Origin: an uncultured Chloroflexia bacterium
Lineage (GTDB): Bacteria > Chloroflexota > Anaerolineae > Anaerolineales > UBA4823
Direction: 5' to 3'
Assembly: GCA_963725685.1 (NCBI GenBank)
Contig: CAVRYZ010000008.1
Coordinates: forward strand, 398,709-462,708
DNA: 64,000 bases
Part shown: positions 1 through 9,302 of the stretch, in pieces
How positions within the stretch are numbered: the first letter of the stretch is position 1
Layout of the letters: each line of letters begins with the position of its first letter
Position numbers and translations under genes: made by a program
Notes under the pieces: generated by a model
Seen by the model: only the letters and a program-made list of their open reading frames with translations
What the model was told of the DNA's origin: nothing
Database searches by the model: none

Positions 1-279
1 CATGACCGCAGTGATGCTGATCGTGTAAGCAACGGAAAGATCAATGGATGCGCCAATAATTACCAGGGTCTGTCCAACAGCTATAATACCCAATGCCACA
101 GACCGGACCACGATGTTAATCATGATCGCCGGATTACTGAAGATCTGGCCATCCGCAAGGATTTGGTCCAATACTCCGCCTGCAACGAAAACGAGAATCA
201 GGAAGAAATAGACTGGTGGTACGTGAACAGAACGCAGGATCCTTCGCAACCCATTTCCAGAAACAGTTGCAGTGGTCAT
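1..279 (-). CDS. Sugar ABC transporter permease, N-terminal part (partial, continues past the window start)
   Basis: Absent from the ORF track because it runs off the edge. Reverse-strand translation from ATG at 279 gives MTTATVSGNGLRRILRSVHVPPVYFFLILVFVAGGVLDQILADGQIFSNPAIMINIVVRSVALGIIAVGQTLVIIGASIDLSVAYTISITAVM. This is a hydrophobic RbsC/AraH-like N-terminus. The start abuts the stop of the upstream ATPase. Confidence 0.6.
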   Translation of the reverse strand, partial: MTTATVSGNGLRRILRSVHVPPVYFFLILVFVAGGVLDQILADGQIFSNPAIMINIVVRSVALGIIAVGQTLVIIGASIDLSVAYTISITAVM

Positions 280-280
280 G

Positions 281-1867
281 TCATACCTCTCCTACTGAGG
301 TTGTAATCTCGGGGTTGTTACTTTTCGCATGGCCAGTTGCCATCAGCATGATTTCTTGTTCACTAGATTTTGCAGGGAGTTCACCAGCAATCCGGCGTTC
401 TGACATTACAATCACTCGGTCGCTCATTCCGATGATTTCTGGTAGTTCAGAAGAAATCATTAAAACTGCTGTGCCTTTTTTCGTTAATGCCCGAATCATG
501 TCGTGGATACTTGCCTTCGATTCAACGTCGATGCCGCGGGTTGGCTCATCAAATATAAACACGTTCGCATCCGAAGCCAGCCACTTGGCTAGTACCACTT
601 TCTGTTGATTTCCACCACTCAAGTATTGAGCTTCGCGGTCAAACGAGTCGGTTCTTATATCGACCTGTTTACCCAGCATTGGGACAAGTTTACGCGACGT
701 TCCGATTCCATCCTTGGAGATCATCCCAAATAAAGCCCTCACAGCACGGACGGTTAAAAGCATATTATCTCGAATGGGCTGCCTGGGGGCGATACCCTCT
801 GATTTTCGATCCTCGGTGACGAACCCCATCTTGTTCTTGATCGCCTTGAATGGGCTCTTGACGGCTATAGCTTTACCGTGCAGCTCAATCGTGCCTGATT
901 TGAATGGCACCACCCCAAATAAGGATTGCGCTAATTCTGTTCGTCCTGACCCCTGTAATCCGGCGATACCCAGCACTTCTCCTTTGCGAAGCTCAAAACT
1001 GATATCTGATAATATTTGGTTTGAAGCATTTTTGACTCTCAATACCACCTCGCCAATGTCCTCAGGCTTTCCCAATGGCGGGAAGTAATGGTCAAGGGTA
1101 CGTCCAACCATCAGATACACCACATCCGCCGGTGTTACATCTTTCTTGTTGACGGTTTTAATGAATTTTCCATCTTTTAATACTGTGATTTTTTCGGCGA
1201 GATCAAAAACCTCTTTCAAGCGGTGGGAAATAAATATGATCGACATTCCCTTCTGTTTCATTCGACCGACCAGGTCATTGAGCAGATTTACCTCTGTATA
1301 GGTCAATGCAGCAGTGGGCTCGTCCATGATCAGTACTTTTGCTTTGAAGGAAATTGCCTTCGCAATTTCAACCAGTTGTTGTTCGGCAACTGACAAACTG
1401 CTCACCTGGGCTGTAGGCGAGATCATTTTCTCTATGCCGATTTCTTTCAAAACATCCACTGCCTGCTTGTTCAACCTACGAGTATCGAGAGATCCCAGTG
1501 TTGAAGGTTCACGGCCAAGGAAGATATTTTGGGAAACAGTGCGCTCAGGTAGCAGGTTGAACTCTTGGTAAATGATGCTGACCCCTTTCATCTGCGCTTC
1601 CTTGGGGTGAGAGAAAGTTACTTTTTCACCACTCAGGTAAATTGTTCCAGAGTCAGGCGTATAAGCGCCGGACAATATTTTCATCAGGGTAGACTTACCT
1701 GCACCATTCTCACCAACGACGGCATGGATCTCACCAGGGAAGAATTGAAGGGAGACATCGTCAAGCGCGACCACACCCGGGAAACGCTTGGAAATGTGTT
1801 GAACTTCCACTGTCGGCTGGATGCTTTCAGGGGATTTTGGATTTAATTCATCAGGTTCATTTGCCAT
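281..1867 (-). CDS. Sugar ABC transporter ATP-binding protein (duplicated ABC cassette, RbsA/MglA type)
   Basis: 528 aa with two cassettes. Walker A motifs are GENGAGKST and GLQGSGRTE. Signature motifs are LSVAEQQ and LSGGNQQK. A GAGG Shine-Dalgarno lies upstream of ATG 1867. Confidence 0.9.
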   Translation of the reverse strand: MANEPDELNPKSPESIQPTVEVQHISKRFPGVVALDDVSLQFFPGEIHAVVGENGAGKSTLMKILSGAYTPDSGTIYLSGEKVTFSHPKEAQMKGVSIIYQEFNLLPERTVSQNIFLGREPSTLGSLDTRRLNKQAVDVLKEIGIEKMISPTAQVSSLSVAEQQLVEIAKAISFKAKVLIMDEPTAALTYTEVNLLNDLVGRMKQKGMSIIFISHRLKEVFDLAEKITVLKDGKFIKTVNKKDVTPADVVYLMVGRTLDHYFPPLGKPEDIGEVVLRVKNASNQILSDISFELRKGEVLGIAGLQGSGRTELAQSLFGVVPFKSGTIELHGKAIAVKSPFKAIKNKMGFVTEDRKSEGIAPRQPIRDNMLLTVRAVRALFGMISKDGIGTSRKLVPMLGKQVDIRTDSFDREAQYLSGGNQQKVVLAKWLASDANVFIFDEPTRGIDVESKASIHDMIRALTKKGTAVLMISSELPEIIGMSDRVIVMSERRIAGELPAKSSEQEIMLMATGHAKSNNPEITTSVGEV

Positions 1868-1897
1868 ATCGATTACCTCGCCAACGATGACCGCTGG

Positions 1898-2746
1898 TCA
1901 TGCAAATAATGATTGCAAAAATTGCAGACCTTGCTGGGCAATTGCATCCTGGCTGGGAGCGATAACGCGCCAGATGCTTACTGCCCGGGCAATCTCTTTT
2001 ACCTGTGAGGTGAAAGATTCAATCACAATCGGACCTTGATAATTCACACTTTTTAATGCCGCTGCAATCCCTTGCCAGTGCACCTGACCAGTCCCCGGTA
2101 TACCCCTGTCATTTTCGCAGGCATGGAAGTGATAGATTTTACTTCCAGCCATACGAATAGCATTCGGGCTGCTTTTTTCCTCAAGATGCATGTGGAATGT
2201 ATCCAGGTGTAGACCAATATTGTCCCGATCTGCATCCTTGATGAAGTCCAGCCCCTGAGAAACCGTATTGATCATATCGGTTTCAAATCGGTTCAGAGGC
2301 TCAAGAGCTAGTTTTATGCCCTGCAGAGCGGCATAATCTGCCAATTTGCGTATCTCTGTGACAGCTAAATTCCATTCCCTCTTCCTGTCGCCACTATCCT
2401 CCAGGTGAGCTTTACCAACCGCGGAATAAATCGGTCCACAAATCACTTGCGAGCCAAGCTGAGCAGCAGCATCAATCAGCCAGAGAGTATACTCGTGTGC
2501 GTTAGTGCGGATCTTCGGGTCGGGGCTGCAGATATTACGGTCTGCACCGAATACGCCACAAATGATCGCCGACAGTCGATTTTTTGCAATCGCTTCTTTT
2601 ATGGAAGGAATGTCTAGCAACTCGGGGTTTTCGCAAGCAATTTCCAGGATGTCGAATCCCATGGATTTTACTTTCGGCGCCAATTCAATCACCGCCTCCG
2701 TTGTGCAGGGGGATACCCAAACAAATGAATTGACTCCGAACTTCAT
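1898..2746 (-). CDS. Sugar phosphate isomerase/epimerase (xylose isomerase-like TIM barrel)
   Basis: Family-typical segments LEPLNRFET, HLDTFH and VIESF. I chose the internal ATG at 2746 (MKFGVNSF), which is preceded by GAGGAG. The longer ORF to 2827 would overlap the ROK gene. Confidence 0.75.
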   Translation of the reverse strand: MKFGVNSFVWVSPCTTEAVIELAPKVKSMGFDILEIACENPELLDIPSIKEAIAKNRLSAIICGVFGADRNICSPDPKIRTNAHEYTLWLIDAAAQLGSQVICGPIYSAVGKAHLEDSGDRKREWNLAVTEIRKLADYAALQGIKLALEPLNRFETDMINTVSQGLDFIKDADRDNIGLHLDTFHMHLEEKSSPNAIRMAGSKIYHFHACENDRGIPGTGQVHWQGIAAALKSVNYQGPIVIESFTSQVKEIARAVSIWRVIAPSQDAIAQQGLQFLQSLFA

Positions 2747-2756
2747 CGCTTGCTCC

Positions 2757-4070
2757 TCATCCTGCGTTGGCATCGACGCGGCTGGTTGAAAATATAAAGA
2801 TATTGTCCATGGCAAGATTAATCGCACCGATCACTCCGGCATCCGGTCCTATTTCCGAAAAAACAATCAGCAGATCACGGGTTGCCAAAGGCAGAGAACG
2901 GCGCAAGACGGTCTGGCGTATGGAGGATAGTAGCAGGTCACCCAGGTTACTTACTCCTCCGCCAATCACAATCATGCCCGGATTATAAAAATTCACCAGG
3001 CCAGCCAGTACATCACCAATAAATTGTCCACTTTCGCGAATAACCTCAATCGCCAATGCATCCCCTTCTCTTGAGGCATTGCCCACATCTTCCGCACGTA
3101 AGATGTTCCCGTTTCTTTCGTAATACTTCAACAGAATTGGGCTCTTTCCAGCCCGGGCTGCTTCCAATGAGCGTTCAGCGATTGCCGGACCAGCCGCGAT
3201 TGCTTCCAAACAACCTCTATTACCGCAATGACACAATGGACCGGTTTTATAAACTCCAATATGACCAATATCGCCTGCACAGCCACTGGCACCGCGGTAG
3301 ATTTTCCCGTCGCAGATAATTCCAGCACCAATTCCAGTTCCAATTTTTACAAATATCAGGTTATCCACACCTCTGCCAGCACCCTCACAAATTTCTCCCA
3401 GGGCCATTACATTAACATCATTGTCAACGACGACATTTGAAGTTGGGAACCATTGTTGTATGGTTTGGATAATTGGATACCGGTCCCATCCAGGCATGAT
3501 GGGCGGTGACACAAGGGTGCCCACGGTGAAATCTACCGGACCCGGGACACCAACGCCGATGCCCATTAGTGTGTCAGATCTTAAATTTTTTTGGTGGAGT
3601 AGGTTTTCAAGCAGAGAGCATACCCGCCCCAATATTCTAATCGGCCCATCTTTAACGGAGGCGGGCTCTGAAAATCGCACCAGCAGCTTGCCTGAAAAAT
3701 CCGCGATACCCAGATCTATGCTGGTGGCACCTATATCTACACCCGCCACCAGTCCAAAGTCACCGTTCAGGCTGAAGTTCTTGGAACGTCGTCCGCCAGT
3801 ATATTCTGTGACATTGTTTATTTCAATGATTTTTTTAGTGAGCAGAGAATCAATGCAACAGGTGACCTTGGTGCGTGAATAATCGGTGAAAGTGACCAGA
3901 TCCGATTTTGAGAACTCGCCATATTTTCGGATCAAATCGACCACTATTTTTTCTGAAGTGGTGATGAAGTATTGATTGGATGATGCCTCAACCTGGAACT
4001 GCCTTACCGGTTTTTCCAGTGAGGTGATGGTTCTAACTCTCTTGTTCAGCACTTCTCGGGCTATTCCCAT
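2757..4070 (-). CDS. ROK family transcriptional regulator (N-terminal wHTH plus ROK sugar-kinase-like domain)
   Basis: 437 aa. The N-terminal roughly 80 aa look like a winged HTH. ROK motifs are present: DIGATSIDLG, VGVPGPVD, and a Zn-binding HxGxxxxxxxCxCGxxGC-type segment (GHIGVYKTGPLCHCGNRGCLE). Confidence 0.85.
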   Translation of the reverse strand: MGIAREVLNKRVRTITSLEKPVRQFQVEASSNQYFITTSEKIVVDLIRKYGEFSKSDLVTFTDYSRTKVTCCIDSLLTKKIIEINNVTEYTGGRRSKNFSLNGDFGLVAGVDIGATSIDLGIADFSGKLLVRFSEPASVKDGPIRILGRVCSLLENLLHQKNLRSDTLMGIGVGVPGPVDFTVGTLVSPPIMPGWDRYPIIQTIQQWFPTSNVVVDNDVNVMALGEICEGAGRGVDNLIFVKIGTGIGAGIICDGKIYRGASGCAGDIGHIGVYKTGPLCHCGNRGCLEAIAAGPAIAERSLEAARAGKSPILLKYYERNGNILRAEDVGNASREGDALAIEVIRESGQFIGDVLAGLVNFYNPGMIVIGGGVSNLGDLLLSSIRQTVLRRSLPLATRDLLIVFSEIGPDAGVIGAINLAMDNIFIFSTSRVDANAG

Positions 4071-4230
4071 TTACAATATGGCTCGCTTTATAAATAGCAG
4101 GATAGTCATTATTGATCAACGCATACGAAAGGGCACCTGGTGCATGATACGGCGATCACTTGATCATTATGCCAGATCAAAATAATTTCTGGCCTGTGTA
4201 TTGAACCGAAGCATTCCAATGTGTAGAAGT

Positions 4231-4280
4231 GTTAATTACAGGATTACATATCATTATAGCCCGATGTACTCAGATGTCAA
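4231..4280 (-). promoter_or_regulatory. Near-consensus sigma70-type promoter (TTGACA-N16-TATAAT) with an adjacent operator-like motif, upstream of the ROK operon
   Basis: The reverse strand reads TTGACA (4280..4275), a 16-nt spacer, TATAAT (4258..4253), then gata-TGTAATCCTGTAATTAAC (4249..4231). The motif is shared with sites at 8065-8086, 8376-8395 and 37805-37816. Confidence 0.5.
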
Positions 4281-4389
4281 TATCTTTTGCGCAAATCAGT
4301 ACTACTTATGACATATTCGGTTATTAGTTGGCCTTATTTTATGGCACCCTGGCAATACAATATCCTTGAAGAGTATATCTTCCCTGCCA

Positions 4390-5721
4390 CTATAGGGTGA
4401 TACATTCCATCCCGAATACTTTTGATACCATTTCCAGCTCGTTCAAGTTATGACCATTGGTAATTATGTAGTGATGTGAAACCAGGTCATTGACCAACTT
4501 TTTCCCATTCGGCACATGAATGACAGCACCATTCAGACAATCCGAATTCTCAAACTGTGCATACTTCGGCAGCTCACCCTCCACAATCGACCAGCGATCA
4601 AAGGGTGGCATCAGTTTTACCAGGGTAATATCACCTTCCGCGATGCGGGCGTTAATTGCTGTCGCATTATCATCGACAATCGCCAGTACTTTCTTCTGCA
4701 GCTTCCATTCGGTTGAGAAGGATTGTGGAACCACACCAAAATATCCACAGTGGGCAGCCAGGATATAATTCTCTGGTGCTCCCTCAACCTCAGGGAAGTA
4801 TGGGATGTGTTCGTGTTTTAATGCCGCGTATCCCATCTGGAATGGATACAGGTTGGTCATCATGAAGGGGACTCCGATGGTTTTCCCTATCAGGACTTTG
4901 GTGAGCATTGAAACCAGGTCAGCTTCGCAGCCCCAAACAAGCCGTTGATCTTCGTATAGAAAATTCCATGCCAGGCACGGAGTTGTATCCGAGAACATGG
5001 ATTCATTCAGACAATTGATCCCAGCTGCGATGATGTTAGGGTCCTGGTCCAGGTCTCTCTTGACCGCCATGTAGACCTTTACCGCGCTTAATATTGCTCG
5101 TTTTGTCATTTTTCCGATCGGTGTATTGGCTTTGCGTTGCTCCCACACCTTTTGCGCTTCTTCATCCGAAATCGCACTTGCATCCTGTCCCAACTTTTTG
5201 AAGCTCTTCTTTATAACCGTAACTCCATATTTTTTCTCAATGGCCTCAATACATTCCGGTTCCCACCAGTAAAATCGTTTGAAGATATCATCCTGTTTTC
5301 CGGTGCCGCTGGCAGGGTTATCCTGGTAGGCCAAAATTTTTGATTGTTTCAACTGGCGTTTTAATGCAAAAGCCCGGCAGACCTGTTTGGTTTTTTCGAG
5401 ATCTGTGGGGCCAATGACTTTCACACCTTTGGCAGTCAGGTAGCTGTTTATTTCCCAATCCCACATCGAGACAGTACCAAATTCGGAGGTCACTATCAAG
5501 AGTGGCTGGGGCAGCTTCTTGATTTTATCCAGCAGGCGATAGGCTTGCCCCAGCATCTCCGGGAAGATCACCCCGTCTGCATCGGGCAGTTTTTCTCCCA
5601 AAAAGACTGGTTCTAATATCTCAGCTTCCTCCGCGAGAAGCGCGTGCAGTTTTATTAATTGGGTTGAGAATGCAGGATCATCGACAGTTTTAAAGTAAAT
5701 TGGAACAAGTTTTGCTTTCAT
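4390..5721 (-). CDS. Hypothetical protein, possibly a FucI/AraA-like sugar isomerase
   Basis: 443-aa ORF in a sugar-catabolic context. The GCEADLVSM and HCGYFG segments are reminiscent of fucose/arabinose isomerase-like proteins. The functional call is weak. Confidence 0.4.
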   Translation of the reverse strand: MKAKLVPIYFKTVDDPAFSTQLIKLHALLAEEAEILEPVFLGEKLPDADGVIFPEMLGQAYRLLDKIKKLPQPLLIVTSEFGTVSMWDWEINSYLTAKGVKVIGPTDLEKTKQVCRAFALKRQLKQSKILAYQDNPASGTGKQDDIFKRFYWWEPECIEAIEKKYGVTVIKKSFKKLGQDASAISDEEAQKVWEQRKANTPIGKMTKRAILSAVKVYMAVKRDLDQDPNIIAAGINCLNESMFSDTTPCLAWNFLYEDQRLVWGCEADLVSMLTKVLIGKTIGVPFMMTNLYPFQMGYAALKHEHIPYFPEVEGAPENYILAAHCGYFGVVPQSFSTEWKLQKKVLAIVDDNATAINARIAEGDITLVKLMPPFDRWSIVEGELPKYAQFENSDCLNGAVIHVPNGKKLVNDLVSHHYIITNGHNLNELEMVSKVFGMECITL

Positions 5722-5773
5722 AATAATCTCCTTCTAGCTCTTCAATAACTGATCACCATCCGTAGGTCAAACA

Positions 5774-5811
5774 AAGGAGGAACAGGGGTCTAAAGCAACC
5801 TGTCCCTCCTT
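5774..5811 (-). terminator. Rho-independent terminator after the Gfo/Idh/MocA gene
   Basis: The reverse strand reads AAGGAGGGACAGG-ttgctttagac-CCTGTTCCTCCTT followed by TGTTTG. The stem is 13 bp with one mismatch. Confidence 0.5.
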
Positions 5812-5850
5812 ATAAAATCACCAGTAATATCTTGATTGCCAATCCAAGCT

Positions 5851-7032
5851 TTACTTGACATCGGAGACGGTTACTTTTCGACCAGTGGTTGCAGATTGGA
5901 TTGCTGCTTCCAAAACCTGCATAACTTTCATTCCATCGTAGAAGTTCGGTGAAATCTTGGTGCCCTTTTCAATCGCCGTCAGGAAATCTACGATGGCATG
6001 CGAGAACGCGTGCTCATAGCCGATAATGTGTCCGGGTGGCCACCAGGCTGCCACGTATGGATGCGTGGAATTCGTCACCAGGATTGTCCGAAATCCCTGC
6101 TCGTCCGCAGCATCCGCCAGGTTCAAATATTGAAGCTCGTTCATCCGCTCAAGATTGAACACCAGGCTGCCCTTACTGCCGTAAATTTCAAAATAGTTAT
6201 AATTTTTACGCCCGCTGGCAAACCGGCTGGCTTCAAAGGATCCCAGGGCACCATTTTCAAACTCAGCCAGCATGAAGGCGGCATCGTCCACAGTGACCTT
6301 GGCCATATCTGTTGCCCCGGTTCCAGCTTTGAAAGTACCGGCCCCTATGCCGGGTAACGGTCTTTCGGTGATGAATGTCTTCATCATTGCCGTCACCGCC
6401 GTGATTTCCCCCACCAGGTAACGCCCGAGATCAACACTATGAGAATTCAAATCATAATGAGGGCCAGCACCCGCGAATTTCTTTTGTAAGTGCCAGGTCA
6501 GGGGGAATTTCGGGTCGGTGATCCAGTCTTGCAGGTAAGTTCCACGCCAATGATAGATCGTTCCGATCTTTCCTTCATCGATCAATTGCCTGGCAAATGT
6601 AATCGCCGGAGCCCGCCGGTAGTTGTGGTTCAGGTAATGCACCACTCCGGCTTTCTCTGCAGCCTCATACATTTCTTTGGCACCTGAATACGATAAGGTG
6701 ATGGGTTTTTCGCAGAAGATATGCTTCCCATTTTGTGCGGCTGCAATCGCAATCTCTTGGTGTAACCAGGTGGGTGTGCAGATATCAATCACATCGACGT
6801 CCTTACGCTCAACCACCTTGTGCCAATCCGTCTCGATTGCCTCCCACCCCCAGTTGTCAGCAAAAGTAGTGGTACATTCCACTTCTGTGTCACAAGCTAC
6901 CTTCATCACCGGTGTAATCCCAAGCTGAAAAAACTTGGACGTTCTACCCCAGGCGTTGCTGTGGGCTTTACCCATAAAGCCGGTTCCAATGATCGCAACA
7001 TTTACTTTTTTCAAGGCTTCCTCTCCTCTCAT
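5851..7032 (-). CDS. Gfo/Idh/MocA family oxidoreductase
   Basis: 393 aa. N-terminal Rossmann motif VAIIGTGFMGKAH, the family-typical EKP motif (FCEKPI), and a C-terminal alpha/beta domain. Confidence 0.85.
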   Translation of the reverse strand: MRGEEALKKVNVAIIGTGFMGKAHSNAWGRTSKFFQLGITPVMKVACDTEVECTTTFADNWGWEAIETDWHKVVERKDVDVIDICTPTWLHQEIAIAAAQNGKHIFCEKPITLSYSGAKEMYEAAEKAGVVHYLNHNYRRAPAITFARQLIDEGKIGTIYHWRGTYLQDWITDPKFPLTWHLQKKFAGAGPHYDLNSHSVDLGRYLVGEITAVTAMMKTFITERPLPGIGAGTFKAGTGATDMAKVTVDDAAFMLAEFENGALGSFEASRFASGRKNYNYFEIYGSKGSLVFNLERMNELQYLNLADAADEQGFRTILVTNSTHPYVAAWWPPGHIIGYEHAFSHAIVDFLTAIEKGTKISPNFYDGMKVMQVLEAAIQSATTGRKVTVSDVK

Positions 7033-7079
7033 TATCTCTTCCCAATTGTGTGCTTATTACACTCGTGTGGAGAGTGTAT

Positions 7080-7943
7080 TTAATTCAATTCGGAGGCAAT
7101 TTTTTTCAATGCCTTGACGCTCAATGCAACTGCTTCATCCTCCCGACCGGTCCAATCCGTGTGCGGGTGGTCAATTTCTACTGCCAGGAAGCCTTTAAAG
7201 TTGGCTTTGTGAAGCATTTGGGCTAAAGCCTGGTTATTGATCAGGCCCATCCCAACCGGTACACCGGCGAAGAAGTGCCAATCGGTTGGTCGAGCGTTTT
7301 TATCTGGCATCAGGTCTTTAACATGGGTAGCAAAAGTATACGGGGCAAGCTTTTCCATCCCTTTCACGGGGTCATCGAGCAGACGAAGAAAATTACCCGT
7401 GTCAAAATTCAGACCAAAGTATTCTGAATCAACCATCTCCAGCAATTGTAAGATTTCGTCACTGGTGAAGTCGATGTGGTTCTCCACCGCCATCTTAACA
7501 CCATGGTCTTTGGCAATTGGAACCGCTTTTTTGAACATTTTTACCAGAGCTTCCACCTGGGGTCCGTGCGGTTCGTGCCTGAACATCAAGCTGCTTCCTA
7601 CCACGCGCATCACATCCGCACCAATCGCGACGGCATTCGGGATGCCAGCCACCATTTCATCGTAGGCTGTCCAATTCTGGCCGCGTTCAAGACCATCCGG
7701 GTGACCCCAGGCGTATACACGATCCATTTTATACTCGTCCAATTGTGCTTTCAGGTCTTTGAACCAGGCTTTGTCGATTTTCGCAGGGAAGAAGCACGAT
7801 TCAAGCGATACCCCATCTACATTCAATTCTTTGGCGCGTTTGAGAAAATCCTGCATGGTCATATTTTTTGCAGGGGGTTCCTGATCTGGATATACTTCAC
7901 CGAAGAACCGATGGTAACAATAACTATCAATTCCGACTTTCAT
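7080..7943 (-). CDS. Sugar phosphate isomerase/epimerase (xylose isomerase-like TIM barrel)
   Basis: 287 aa with VENH, NFDTGNF and LAVEIDH segments. An AGGAGG-like Shine-Dalgarno (CAGGAGGC) precedes ATG 7943. Confidence 0.8.
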   Translation of the reverse strand: MKVGIDSYCYHRFFGEVYPDQEPPAKNMTMQDFLKRAKELNVDGVSLESCFFPAKIDKAWFKDLKAQLDEYKMDRVYAWGHPDGLERGQNWTAYDEMVAGIPNAVAIGADVMRVVGSSLMFRHEPHGPQVEALVKMFKKAVPIAKDHGVKMAVENHIDFTSDEILQLLEMVDSEYFGLNFDTGNFLRLLDDPVKGMEKLAPYTFATHVKDLMPDKNARPTDWHFFAGVPVGMGLINNQALAQMLHKANFKGFLAVEIDHPHTDWTGREDEAVALSVKALKKIASELN

Positions 7944-8064
7944 TTTATGCCTCCTGAGATTAGATTGGTGAATTTACTTGTATTTGAGCCCAGTTTTTGC
8001 CTCTAAGCCATCCATTCGCGAGGAATCGCATTGACTTTATTCTATTAAGCATTGGAGATGAGAA

Positions 8065-8115
8065 CCTGTCATTACAGGATAACATTATTATAACGATTAA
8101 TTTATCATAGTTCAA
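8065..8115 (-). promoter_or_regulatory. Sigma70-type promoter (TTGAAC-N17-TATAAT) with an operator-like motif, for the 7943..5851 operon
   Basis: The reverse strand reads TTGAAC (8115..8110), a 17-nt spacer, TATAAT (8092..8087), then aa-TGTTATCCTGTAATGACAGG (to 8065). Confidence 0.5.
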
Positions 8116-8343
8116 GACATAGACGCATAATTGCTGTGTTTATTTCAACAATATTGGAATTTATTTTAAAGGGCACCATCCATGTCAGATGATAGTAAGG
8201 GAGAATGGTTCACCAACCGATAAAGCGATTTTTCGCGAAATACTGGCATTCGTGCCAACCATAAATGAACATACTTGCATGAAAATAATTATAATGCCTA
8301 TCATTTTCCACTTCCAGCAATATGAGTTCTTACAATTATTCTA

Positions 8344-8395
8344 TTGACAGGTCTGGGATTTCTTTCTATAATAAGTTGTAATCACAGGATTACAA
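8344..8395 (+). promoter_or_regulatory. Consensus sigma70 promoter (TTGACA-N17-TATAAT) followed by a perfect 8-4-8 palindromic operator
   Basis: TTGACA lies at 8344-8349 and TATAAT at 8367-8372. The palindrome TTGTAATC-ACAG-GATTACAA spans 8376-8395, over the expected transcription start and 23 nt before the GntR start codon. Confidence 0.6.
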
Positions 8396-8417
8396 CAAAT
8401 CTTATTGATCTCAAGGG

Positions 8418-9251
8418 ATGGATCCCATGAAAGAATCGATCAATTTTGAGAGTCATATCCCATACTACCTTCAGCTTATAGATATTTTGAAGGAAAAGGT
8501 TCAACAAGCAGAATGGGCCCCAGGCGATCAAATTCCGGGTGAACAGGATCTCTGCGAGCATTATCAGGTCAGCCGTACTGTTGTCAGGCAGGCATTGCGC
8601 GAGCTGGAATATGAAGGTGTGATTACCCGCCAAAAAGGCAAAGGTACTTTCATCTCTCTGCCGAAAATCAGTGAAGGGCTGGTGCAAAAGCTGACTGGTT
8701 TTTACCAGGATATGGTGGAACGTGGTCTGAAACCGGGCTCAAAAGTGCTTCACCAAAATGTAAGCCCAGCTTCCGAGAAAGTAGCCCGTTTTCTCAGCAT
8801 CAAACCGGGTGAAAGGGTGATTGATATTCAGCGTTTGAGATATATCAATGACGAGCCTATTCAACTGGTCACCACCTATATTCCATTTGAGATCTGCCCA
8901 GGCCTATCCGAAGTTGATTTGACCAATCGCTCACTCTATGAATATCTGGAAAAGGAATGTGGCATTTTTATTGCCAAAGGACAGCGTTACATCGAAGCTG
9001 TGCTGGCAAATGAGCACGAAGCCGCATTGCTCGGTATTGACCGGGGAGCCCCATTATTGATGCTGGATAGTGTCAGCTTTTCAGAGGATGGGCAGCCGAT
9101 CGAATACTATCATGCCCTCCACCGCGGCGACCGGTCGCGCTTTGAAGTCGAGCTGGTCAGGTTGCGCGAATCGAACTCGAAGTCCGTTGACCTTGCGGGC
9201 AGCTTATCTGCTGCCTCAAAGGTGCGCTCAGCAAATGGGGTTTCGAAATAA
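8418..9251 (+). CDS. GntR family transcriptional regulator (HutC/FarR subfamily, UTRA effector domain)
   Basis: 277 aa. The N-terminal GntR wHTH is GDQIPGEQDLCEHYQVSRTVVRQALRELEYEGVITRQKGKGTFI. The C-terminal region is UTRA-like (IQRLRYINDEPIQL). Confidence 0.9.
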   Translation: MDPMKESINFESHIPYYLQLIDILKEKVQQAEWAPGDQIPGEQDLCEHYQVSRTVVRQALRELEYEGVITRQKGKGTFISLPKISEGLVQKLTGFYQDMVERGLKPGSKVLHQNVSPASEKVARFLSIKPGERVIDIQRLRYINDEPIQLVTTYIPFEICPGLSEVDLTNRSLYEYLEKECGIFIAKGQRYIEAVLANEHEAALLGIDRGAPLLMLDSVSFSEDGQPIEYYHALHRGDRSRFEVELVRLRESNSKSVDLAGSLSAASKVRSANGVSK

Positions 9252-9302
9252 TTAAAACGGTTGATAGGATGCATATTGATCTAGGAAATCTTTGGGAAAA
9301 GA

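Noticed and set aside
2747-2827. N-terminal extension of the TIM-barrel ORF (track start 2827).
   Set aside because: It overlaps the 3' end of the ROK gene by 70 nt. The internal ATG at 2746 has a GAGGAG Shine-Dalgarno, and the family alignment starts at MKFGVNSF.
7044-7079. Intercistronic hairpin TACACTC-gtgtgga-GAGTGTA between the TIM-barrel and Gfo genes.
   Set aside because: It is a 7-bp stem with no U-tract between co-oriented genes 47 nt apart. It is probably a minor mRNA structure with too little evidence for a feature.
8382-8687. 101-aa reverse-strand ORF spanning the GntR promoter and start.
   Set aside because: It is antisense to a well-supported GntR gene and covers the consensus promoter. 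No motifs.
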